From: Acaryochloris marina MBIC11017
GTDB lineage: Bacteria > Cyanobacteriota > Cyanobacteriia > Thermosynechococcales > Thermosynechococcaceae
Direction: 5' to 3'
Length of the DNA stretch: 32,000 nucleotides
Assembly: GCF_000018105.1 (NCBI RefSeq)
Contig: NC_009929.1
Coordinates: 120,001-152,000 of the forward strand
In this document: piece after piece, positions 1 to 9,518 of the stretch
Numbering within the stretch: the first letter of the stretch is position 1
How the letters are laid out: each line of letters starts with the position of its first letter
The notes under the pieces: model-generated
What the model saw: only the letters and a program-made list of their open reading frames with translations
Databases searched by the model: none
Told to the model about the DNA's origin: nothing
Made by a program: the position numbers and the translations under genes

Positions 1-1008
1 CTGATGCATCAGCTGATTGAGCAGATGTTCGGGCGTCTATTCCAATCGGAAGATCGTCACCACCATGATGCTGCGGTCCTTGGTGTCCCACCGGGACGAC
101 TCGCGTTGACGACCGACTCCTATGTGGTCCATCCCCTATTTTTCCCAGGAGGGGATATTGGTTCGCTAGCTGTCTACGGCACTGTGAATGATCTGGCGAT
201 GGCAGGGGCTCGTCCCCTTTACCTCAGCACCAGCTTTATTCTGGAAGAGGGACTCTCTATGACTACCCTTTGGCAAGTTGTGCAATCCATGCAACAGGCC
301 GCCCACCAAGCTGATGTTCAGATCGTCACGGGTGATACAAAAGTGGTGGAACGAGGAAAAGGGGATGGTGTGTTCATTAATACGGCAGGTGTGGGGATAA
401 TTGAACATCACCAGACCATCCATCCTCAATCGATCCAGCCAGGTGATCTGGTCATCCTTAATGGTGACCTAGGCCGTCATGGTATGGCTGTTTTGGCGGA
501 ACGGGAAGGGTTGGAATTTGAGAGTGAAATCAAGAGCGATTCAGCTCCTCTGAATCATGTGGTGTTAGATCTGTTCGCCCATGGTGTCGAGCTGCACTGT
601 ATGCGGGATTTAACACGGGGAGGATTAGCGAGTGCCTTAAATGAGATCGCTTTGGCAACTGGGGTTGCGATCTCACTGGATGAAACCTGTATTCCTATCC
701 GAGAGGACGTCCAGGGTGCCTGTGAAATTCTAGGATTTGATCCCTTGTATGTAGCGAATGAAGGCCGTTTCATCGCCTTTGTTCCACCACAATCTGTAGA
801 CTTAGCCCTTGCCAGACTGAATGCCCCACTGTCCTTCCCCTTATCTGGGCAGAGCGATACCCATCCTCAAATGAGACATCAGCATCCGGCACAGGTGATT
901 GGTCAAGTCACAACCACCACATCCCCTCGGGTTACCCTAACCAACCGACTTGGTGTGGAGAGAATCGTTGATTTCTTAAGTGGGGAGCAACTCCCTCGAA
1001 TTTGCTAA
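1..1008 (+). CDS. hypE: Hydrogenase maturation protein HypE, 5' end cut by the window edge
   Basis: The frame is open from nt 1. PurM/AIR-synthase-like motifs are present ([34 protein letters not shown]), and the ORF ends in the diagnostic C-terminal PRIC-stop. The Met at nt 4 aligns with an internal Met of E. coli HypE (GGQAMQQLI), so roughly 15-20 codons lie upstream of the window. Confidence 0.9.
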   Translation: MMHQLIEQMFGRLFQSEDRHHHDAAVLGVPPGRLALTTDSYVVHPLFFPGGDIGSLAVYGTVNDLAMAGARPLYLSTSFILEEGLSMTTLWQVVQSMQQAAHQADVQIVTGDTKVVERGKGDGVFINTAGVGIIEHHQTIHPQSIQPGDLVILNGDLGRHGMAVLAEREGLEFESEIKSDSAPLNHVVLDLFAHGVELHCMRDLTRGGLASALNEIALATGVAISLDETCIPIREDVQGACEILGFDPLYVANEGRFIAFVPPQSVDLALARLNAPLSFPLSGQSDTHPQMRHQHPAQVIGQVTTTTSPRVTLTNRLGVERIVDFLSGEQLPRIC

Positions 1009-1095
1009 GTGATTGAGTCTCGTCAACGTAAATATACGAGTAGGACAATGCCCTGTTTCTGGTACTTGGATGCTCAGAAAATCCTCACAATTGAA

Positions 1096-1115
1096 GCGCT
1101 AACTATAGTTAGCGC
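1096..1115. promoter_or_regulatory. Perfect 20-bp palindrome in the hypE-ppsA intergenic region (operator or hairpin candidate)
   Basis: GCGCTAACTA|TAGTTAGCGC is its own reverse complement. Its centre reads TATAGT/ACTATA, which is -10-like on both strands. It lies 88 nt after the hypE stop and 87 nt before the ppsA ATG. Confidence 0.4.
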
Positions 1116-1201
1116 CTTAAAAATTCTGATGTAAGTGATAGAGCGCCTTTAATTCACGCATTTATCTCAAACCAAATTCGAGATTCCTGGAGCTTAAATT
1201 C

Positions 1202-3715
1202 ATGATTCACACAGAACCCCGCCTTTTCTCGGAAACCAGCCGTAAGCAAGCATTGATATTAGGTTTCGATGAGGTGGGCATTGCCGATATTCCCCTAGTT
1301 GGCGGCAAAAATGCCTCCCTAGGTGAAATGATTCAGCACCTGGTTCCTCTAGGCGTGAACGTCCCCAATGGCTTTGCCACTACCGCCTATGCCTATCGAT
1401 ATTTTATTCAGCAAGCAGGGATTGAAGCTCAACTCCGGCAGATTTTTACCGATTTAGATATCGAAGATGTCGATAATTTACGTCAGCGAGGACGACAGGC
1501 GCGCGCTCTGATTCTCCACACCCCCTTTCCCAAAGATCTGGAGCTAGCGATTTCCACCTCCTATTGCCAATTATGTGAACAATATGGCGTGGGCAATGTC
1601 GCTGAGAGTCGAGACTCCAAAACCCAAGAACGCCTGCAAGCCTACCATTACAACGTTGATGTCGCTGTCCGCTCTAGTGCTACAGCCGAAGACCTACCCG
1701 ATGCGAGCTTTGCTGGACAACAGGAAACCTACCTGAATGTTCATGGCGTTAAGCAGGTTTTAGAATCCTGCCATAAATGCTTTGCTTCCATCTTCACAGA
1801 CCGGGCGATTTCCTATCGCACCCTCAAAGGCTTTGATCATTTCCAGGTGGCCCTATCTGTGGGAGTGCAAAAGATGGTGCGCTCGGATCTAGCGTCTTCA
1901 GGGGTAATGTTCTCCATCGATACCGAAACTGGATTTAAGAATGCTGCATTAGTCACCTCTGCCTATGGTCTAGGTGAGAATGTGGTCCAAGGTGCCGTCA
2001 ACCCTGATGAATTTTTGGTTTTCAAACCTACCCTCCAGGAAGGCTTAAGCCCCATTCTGAGCAAGCGATTGGGCAGTAAAGAAATCAAAATGGTCTATGA
2101 CCTGGGGGGAAGTAAACTCACCAAAAATATTGCTGTCCCTCAATCTGACCGTGCTGAATTCTCGGCTAATGATGCGGAAATTCTCACCTTGGCACGTTGG
2201 GTTTGCATTATTGAAGATCACTATTCCCAGGTTCGGGGTATGGATACCCCCATGGATATTGAATGGGCCAAAGATGGCCAAACAGGGGAGTTATTTATTG
2301 TTCAGGCTCGTCCAGAAACGGTGCAGTCTCAAAAGGTTGCTAATCGCCTATCATCTTATCGGATGACAGTGGATACTCGACCCGCTGCCCTGATTGAAGG
2401 TCGAGCCGTAGGCGATCGCATTGGCCAAGGTACAGCCCGAGTGATTGCTTCTGTCCAAGGCATTTCCGAATTTCAGGCTGGAGAGGTCTTGGTGACCAAC
2501 CGCACCGATCCCGACTGGGAGCCAATTATGAAAAAGGCCAGTGCCATTGTTACAAACCAGGGGGGCAGGACCTGCCATGCAGCCATTATTGCCCGTGAAA
2601 TGGGTATTCCGGCTATTGTCGGTTGCGGTACGGCTACAGAGGTTCTCCAAACAGGACAGGACGTCACGATCTCCTGTGCTGAAGGTGAAGCGGGACAAGT
2701 TTATCCGGGGCTCCTTCCCTTTGTCGTTGAGGAAACAGCTTTGGATGAACTCCCTCCGACCCGGACGCAAATCTTGATGAATGTGGGCAATCCTGATGAA
2801 GCCTTTGGATTGGCTGCGATTCCCTGTGATGGGGTTGGATTAGCTCGGTTGGAGTTTATTATTGCGAACCAGATCAAGATCCATCCCTTAGCACTTTTGA
2901 GGTATGACGAGTTGACTGACGTCGATGCCAAACTGATCATCGCCCAATTGACGTCCCACTATGATCATAAACCTGACTACTTTGTGGATAAACTGGCCCA
3001 AGGGGTGGGAATGATTGCAGCCGCTTTTTATCCCAATCCAGTGATTGTTCGCATGTCCGACTTTAAGAGTAATGAATATGCCAACTTAATCGGCGGACGA
3101 CAGTTTGAACCCATGGAAGAAAACCCAATGATTGGTTGGCGGGGGGCTTCTCGCTATTACGACCCGAATTACCGTCAAGCCTATTCCTTAGAATGTCAGG
3201 CTCTGAAGCGTGTTCGTGATGAGATGGGACTGCGGAACGTGATTCCCATGATTCCCTTCTGCCGTACTCCTGAAGAAGGCCAGCAGGTCTTGAAGGAAAT
3301 GGCCCAGCATGGTCTGCAACGGGGTGAAAACGGTCTTCAGGTGTATGTGATGTGCGAAGTACCCAGCAATGTGGTGCTGGCAGAGGAATTTGCAGAGGTG
3401 TTTGATGGCTTCTCCATCGGCTCCAATGACTTAACCCAACTGACCCTAGGACTAGACCGAGACTCTGCCCTCGTCGCCCATATCTTTGATGAACGTAATG
3501 CCGCTGTGAAGAATCTGGTACGCCAGGTGATCTCCGTTGCCAAGGCAAAAGGCCGCAAAATTGGCATCTGTGGGCAGGCTCCCAGTGACTATCCTGAGTT
3601 TGCCCAGTTCTTGGTGGAGGAAGGGATTGATTCTATTAGCCTTAACCCAGATACGGTGCTTAAAACTCGGCTGGCCATTGCCCAAGTTGAAGCCCAAACG
3701 ACAACTACCCACTGA
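1202..3715 (+). CDS. ppsA: Phosphoenolpyruvate synthase (pyruvate, water dikinase)
   Basis: 837-aa ORF with an N-terminal ATP-grasp region (VGGKNASLGEM). The phospho-histidine swivel motif GGRTCHAAIIAREMGIPAIVG and a C-terminal PEP-utilising TIM barrel (GFSIGSNDLTQLTLG, ICGQAPSD) are both present. Confidence 0.93.
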   Translation: MIHTEPRLFSETSRKQALILGFDEVGIADIPLVGGKNASLGEMIQHLVPLGVNVPNGFATTAYAYRYFIQQAGIEAQLRQIFTDLDIEDVDNLRQRGRQARALILHTPFPKDLELAISTSYCQLCEQYGVGNVAESRDSKTQERLQAYHYNVDVAVRSSATAEDLPDASFAGQQETYLNVHGVKQVLESCHKCFASIFTDRAISYRTLKGFDHFQVALSVGVQKMVRSDLASSGVMFSIDTETGFKNAALVTSAYGLGENVVQGAVNPDEFLVFKPTLQEGLSPILSKRLGSKEIKMVYDLGGSKLTKNIAVPQSDRAEFSANDAEILTLARWVCIIEDHYSQVRGMDTPMDIEWAKDGQTGELFIVQARPETVQSQKVANRLSSYRMTVDTRPAALIEGRAVGDRIGQGTARVIASVQGISEFQAGEVLVTNRTDPDWEPIMKKASAIVTNQGGRTCHAAIIAREMGIPAIVGCGTATEVLQTGQDVTISCAEGEAGQVYPGLLPFVVEETALDELPPTRTQILMNVGNPDEAFGLAAIPCDGVGLARLEFIIANQIKIHPLALLRYDELTDVDAKLIIAQLTSHYDHKPDYFVDKLAQGVGMIAAAFYPNPVIVRMSDFKSNEYANLIGGRQFEPMEENPMIGWRGASRYYDPNYRQAYSLECQALKRVRDEMGLRNVIPMIPFCRTPEEGQQVLKEMAQHGLQRGENGLQVYVMCEVPSNVVLAEEFAEVFDGFSIGSNDLTQLTLGLDRDSALVAHIFDERNAAVKNLVRQVISVAKAKGRKIGICGQAPSDYPEFAQFLVEEGIDSISLNPDTVLKTRLAIAQVEAQTTTTH

Positions 3716-3872
3716 CCTTAAATGCGGGCTAGCACCAGACAGTCAGAAGGTGATGGCATGCGGTGTCATGGAGCGTTGATTCCTTCCGGATGCCCTCACA
3801 CTTTCCTCAAGATTCAGCACTAAAACTCGAATCAACGGTATCTACATCTTCTATGGGACACATTGCAGTTAG

Positions 3873-5712
<1,840 letters not shown>

Positions 5713-5726
5713 AGGCGGAGTTGCGG

Positions 5727-6041
5727 ATGGAAAATGCACGACTAGCGAAGGGCATCAACCAAGTGGACAAGCATGGTTTTCAAAAGCAAGTTAAGGATAA
5801 AGTCAACCGCAAACTAAAGGCTCGACACGAAAAAAAGAGCGTTTGGTTTGGTCTCGGTCTGTTCGGGTTAGTGGGGTGGTCAGTGGCTATTCCAACACTA
5901 TTGGGGATTGCCATCGGGAGTTGGCTCGACAACCATGTCCCCAGCCGCTATTCGTGGACCTTAACCATGCTGGTGGTGGGGGTGGGCTTAGGGTGTCTTA
6001 ACGCCTGGTATTGGATCAAAAAGGAAAGTCACCATGAGTGA
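5727..6041 (+). CDS. atpQ: AtpQ (AtpZ/AtpI-like small membrane protein of N-ATPase operons)
   Basis: A basic N-terminus is followed by two hydrophobic helices (VWFGLGLFGLVGWSVAIPTLLGIAIGSWL and WTLTMLVVGVGLGCLNAWYWI). ATG 5727 is preceded by GGCGGAG; the ORF-track start at 5721 is TTG. It sits third in the operon, as in atpDCQR. Confidence 0.7.
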   Translation: MENARLAKGINQVDKHGFQKQVKDKVNRKLKARHEKKSVWFGLGLFGLVGWSVAIPTLLGIAIGSWLDNHVPSRYSWTLTMLVVGVGLGCLNAWYWIKKESHHE

Positions 6042-7263
6042 AACGATCCTCCTTTATTTAGTTTTACTCGTAGGGACAACAATTGTTCTTGCCATCCTTT
6101 TTAAAGCAGGGGCCGAACGGCTAGGCATCCCTCCTTTAGTTGGATATTTATTGCTAGGTTTTGTTTTACAACTTCTGGATTTTCGAGGCTTTCTAGCTTC
6201 CGAAGTGGTGTTGGAGGTCTATAGTTTTTTAGCTGAATTAGGGATTATTTCTCTACTGTTCCGTGTGGGATTAGAATGCAATCTCACTGGATTATTGCGT
6301 CAGTTACCTCGAGCTTGCTTGCTCCTCGTCGGTGATGTGATCTGTAGTGGTTCACTAGGTTTTATCACGGCCTATTTCCTTTTGAATTTATCTCTGGTTG
6401 CCAGCCTATTTATTGGCATTGCCTTGGTCGCAACCAGTGTTGGGATTTCAATTAGCGTTTGGCAAGATTCCCAGGCCCTTAATTCCATAAATGGAGAGTT
6501 GTTACTAGATATTGCAGAAATGGATGATATTGCGGCTATTATCCTGATGTCTTTATTGTTCTCCCTTGCGCCTTCCTGGCAGCATGGAACTGAAATCAAG
6601 TTTCTGCCGCTTTTAGAAACCATTATTGGGCCTTTTTGCTTAAAGGTGATAATTTTTAGCACCTTCTGCTTGATCTTTTTTCGCTATATTGAGCAGCCCT
6701 TAACTCAATTTTTTGAGCGCATAGAACCGGCCCCCGATCCGATGCTGATGGTTGCCGGAACAGGCTTTGTTATTGCTGCTATAGCAGGGCTTTTAGGTTT
6801 CTCAGTTGCGGTTGGGGCCTTCTTTGCCGGACTGGCATTTAGCCGAGATCCTCACGCGGTTAGAATCGATGCATCTTTTGGCACACTCTACGAATTTTTT
6901 GTGCCGTTTTTCTTTATCAATATTGGTCTACAAATTCAATTTACAGGCCTAGCAACCACAGTTGGTATCAGCCTAGTCCTGCTCAGTGCTGCCCTGATTG
7001 GCAAACTGATGGGAGTCGGAGGATTACTACTCCTGACTCAAGGTGACCTTTCGAGCGCAACACTACTCGGAATCAGTATGATTCCTCGAGCCGAAATTAC
7101 GATGGTGATCCTGCAACGAGGACGTGACTTGGGCACTTGGGCCGTCTCTGTCCAGATATTTGCGGGTATGACCTTGGTTGCGATCGCAACCTGTATTATC
7201 GCGCCGATGCTGTTATATCCGTTACTTAAGCAATGGCCCCAACTCCAGGAGGTGGAAGCATGA
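6034..7263 (+). CDS. Cation/proton antiporter, CPA2 (NapA/Kef-type membrane domain only, no RCK/KTN domain)
   Basis: 409 aa and almost entirely hydrophobic. Motifs present: LFRVGLE, ATS (aa 133-135), paired aspartates DD (aa 164-165) and IPRAEITMVI. Its ATG overlaps the atpQ stop (ATGAGTGA), and its TGA overlaps the atpR ATG (ATGA). Confidence 0.85.
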   Translation: MSETILLYLVLLVGTTIVLAILFKAGAERLGIPPLVGYLLLGFVLQLLDFRGFLASEVVLEVYSFLAELGIISLLFRVGLECNLTGLLRQLPRACLLLVGDVICSGSLGFITAYFLLNLSLVASLFIGIALVATSVGISISVWQDSQALNSINGELLLDIAEMDDIAAIILMSLLFSLAPSWQHGTEIKFLPLLETIIGPFCLKVIIFSTFCLIFFRYIEQPLTQFFERIEPAPDPMLMVAGTGFVIAAIAGLLGFSVAVGAFFAGLAFSRDPHAVRIDASFGTLYEFFVPFFFINIGLQIQFTGLATTVGISLVLLSAALIGKLMGVGGLLLLTQGDLSSATLLGISMIPRAEITMVILQRGRDLGTWAVSVQIFAGMTLVAIATCIIAPMLLYPLLKQWPQLQEVEA

Positions 7264-7595
7264 ATAGTCATTCCCCTGCCCTATTCACCTCCTTAATTTT
7301 GGGGAGTAGCTTAGGACTCCTTTACTTCGGTGGACTATGGATCACGATTCTCCGATTTAACCGCACCACTCAACCCATCCTGTTGATGTGGAGTAGTTTT
7401 CTACTCCGTCTGGGCACGGTTTTAGGGGTGTTTCACCTTATCCTTCAGAACGGTATGAGCGATCATCTGCTGGCCCCTCTACTGCTGACATTTCTGGGAT
7501 TTCTGGGGGCTCGAAATCTCTTAATTTCCAGCATTATTCCTCTGCCTAAAAAGATCAAGAAGGGCAGAAAAGACGTTGTGAATTATGACTTATAA
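7260..7595 (+). CDS. atpR: AtpR (N-ATPase-specific small membrane subunit)
   Basis: 111 aa with three hydrophobic segments and an AtpR-like GLLYFGGLWITILR motif. ATG 7260 is preceded by AGGAGG (7247-7252). The ORF-track start at 7233 would fall inside the antiporter gene. Confidence 0.7.
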   Translation: MNSHSPALFTSLILGSSLGLLYFGGLWITILRFNRTTQPILLMWSSFLLRLGTVLGVFHLILQNGMSDHLLAPLLLTFLGFLGARNLLISSIIPLPKKIKKGRKDVVNYDL

Positions 7596-7736
7596 GCTCT
7601 AAATCAAAGAATTTTCTCAATACTCTGTATCGCAAAGAAGTTTGGCCAAAAGACTTAAACATAGCTCTTTCAACACAGCATCAGAATTTATCGTTGTTAT
7701 CACTTTTAAAGTTTCTTGGTATGGAGCCCAAATGTA

Positions 7737-8441
7737 ATGCATCTAACACCCGATCAAACTATTTTTTGGCAATGGGGGTTGTTCTCTCTCAATGCGACGC
7801 TGATCTTCACTTGGCTTGTCATGGGGGTGTTGGTGGTTGGCTCATGGTTCGTGACCCGACACCTCTCTGCCTCGACTCAGATCTCCCGGGGACAAAACCT
7901 GTTAGAGGTCATTGTGTTGGGCATTAGAGATCAGATTCAAGAAATCATTGACCAACCCGCAGACCCGTACTTACCGTTTATCGGCACCTTATTTATCTTT
8001 ATTGCCCTATCAAATCTGTTGAGTGTTATCCCCGGTTACCAACCACCGACGGGGTCCTTATCCACCACAACGGCTCTGGCACTTTGTGTCTTTTTCGCAG
8101 TCCCCCTCTATGGCGTTCAGAAGAAGGGTGTGCGGGGTTACTTACAGCAGTACTTGCAGCCTAACCCCATCATGCTGCCATTCAATATCATTGGGGATTT
8201 CTCCAGAATTGTGGCCCTAGCTGTCCGCCTGTTTGGCAATGTCATGAGTGGAACGATGATCGTCGGCATCCTACTGTCGGTAGCTCCCTTGTTTTTCCCA
8301 GTCATGATGCAGGTCTTGGGGCTCTTAACGGGCGTGATTCAAGCCTATATTTTCGCCATTTTAGCCATGGTTTTCATTGCAGCGGCGAGTCAAGTGGATC
8401 AGCACAACTATCAAACAGACAGTGAGGTCTCCCATGGATAA
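7737..8441 (+). CDS. atpB: N-type F-ATPase a subunit
   Basis: Polytopic membrane protein with the essential stator arginine in its usual context (LAVRLFGNVMSG). ATG 7737 is preceded by GGAG (7723-7726); TTG 7716 is an alternative start. Confidence 0.85.
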   Translation: MHLTPDQTIFWQWGLFSLNATLIFTWLVMGVLVVGSWFVTRHLSASTQISRGQNLLEVIVLGIRDQIQEIIDQPADPYLPFIGTLFIFIALSNLLSVIPGYQPPTGSLSTTTALALCVFFAVPLYGVQKKGVRGYLQQYLQPNPIMLPFNIIGDFSRIVALAVRLFGNVMSGTMIVGILLSVAPLFFPVMMQVLGLLTGVIQAYIFAILAMVFIAAASQVDQHNYQTDSEVSHG

Positions 8442-8721
8442 TATTGCCCTTGTGGGCATGGCTTCGATTGTGATCTCTGGACTCACCATTGCCATTGGCT
8501 CCATCGGTCCAGCCCTAGGGGAAGGTCGTGCCTTATCCCAGGCACTAAGCGCCCTGGCGCAACAACCTGATGAAGCCAATACCATCACCAGAGTGCTGTT
8601 TGTGGGGATGGCATTGGTCGAATCAACGGCCATTTACTGTTTTGTGATTACATTGATTCTGATTTTTGCCAATCCATTTTGGACCTATGTGGTGGAGCAG
8701 GCCAGCACCAATGGAGGATAA
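8434..8721 (+). CDS. atpE: N-type F-ATPase c subunit (rotor ring)
   Basis: 95-aa helical hairpin with loop QQPD, helix 1 GPALGEG and helix 2 MALVESTAIY. ATG 8434 overlaps the atpB stop by 8 nt and is preceded by GTGAGG. Confidence 0.9.
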   Translation: MDNIALVGMASIVISGLTIAIGSIGPALGEGRALSQALSALAQQPDEANTITRVLFVGMALVESTAIYCFVITLILIFANPFWTYVVEQASTNGG

Positions 8722-8723
8722 CC

Positions 8724-9515
8724 ATGTTGATTGATCCACTTACTGTGGTGGCCCAAATCATCAATTTCCTGATTCTAGTGGCCTTACTCAGGCGGTTTCT
8801 CTACACCCCGATCACTCAAGTGATGAAAAAGCGAGAACGGCTGATTGCTCAACAGTTACAGGATGCTGCTCATCAGCAAGAAGTCGCTCAGCAAGAAGCT
8901 GAACGGTGGCGTCAGATGCAGCAATCTTTAGAACATCGCCAAGCCTCGTTTTTGACCCAAGCGCAAGACGCAGCAGACGAACATCGACATCAGTTGTTGC
9001 AGCAAATTCGGGACGAAGTGGATAGTACCCAAGCTCAATGGAGAGAGGCCGTCAAGCGTGAGCAGCACGTGTTTCTAAGTGCCCTACAGCAGCGAGCAGG
9101 ACAGCAGCTAGCTGCAACCCTTCGATGTATTCTTCAAGACTTAGCAAGTGCCAATTTAGAGCAACAAATCCTGGAGACTTTTATTACTCGCCTTAGCCAT
9201 TTACCTTTTTCAGAGCAGGGGGTTCTGGAAACATCCTTATCCAATGCAAGGGGAGAGGAACTCGTTATCTCCAGTACATTTCCAATGCCGGAGGATCGCA
9301 AAGCCCAAATTCTTGCGGTCCTCCATCAGTATGCTCCTGCGATGGAATCGAGTGTTTACCAGTTTGTAACCATTCCAGACTTGATTTGTGGGATTGAACT
9401 CAAGATTCCTGGATATAAGCTGGCTTGGACGATCGAGCAATATCTTGAGCAGTTAGAGGTGAAGTTAAATCAGGTATGGGATGGCATGGAAAAATCATGG
9501 GTTGAGCAGGGGTAG
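8724..9515 (+). CDS. atpF: N-type F-ATPase b subunit (long, 263 aa)
   Basis: A single N-terminal TM helix (LTVVAQIINFLILVALL) is followed by a long charged Q/E/R-rich helix and then a C-terminal globular-looking part. ATG 8724 lies 2 nt after the atpE stop and is preceded by GGAGGA. Confidence 0.75.
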   Translation: MLIDPLTVVAQIINFLILVALLRRFLYTPITQVMKKRERLIAQQLQDAAHQQEVAQQEAERWRQMQQSLEHRQASFLTQAQDAADEHRHQLLQQIRDEVDSTQAQWREAVKREQHVFLSALQQRAGQQLAATLRCILQDLASANLEQQILETFITRLSHLPFSEQGVLETSLSNARGEELVISSTFPMPEDRKAQILAVLHQYAPAMESSVYQFVTIPDLICGIELKIPGYKLAWTIEQYLEQLEVKLNQVWDGMEKSWVEQG

Positions 9516-9518
9516 ACC

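Noticed and set aside
2045-3712. Numerous 60-160-aa ORFs on the minus strand or in alternative frames inside ppsA (for example 2351-2770 and 3063-3548)
   Set aside because: They lie entirely within a strongly supported 837-aa gene. Their translations are low-complexity and Arg/Ser/Pro-rich, with no motifs and no RBS. They are typical shadow ORFs.
7694-7927. 77-aa ORF overlapping the start of atpB in another frame. Also 8023-8220
   Set aside because: The atpB frame carries the a-subunit motifs. The alternative frames are Cys/Gly/His-rich and look like noise.
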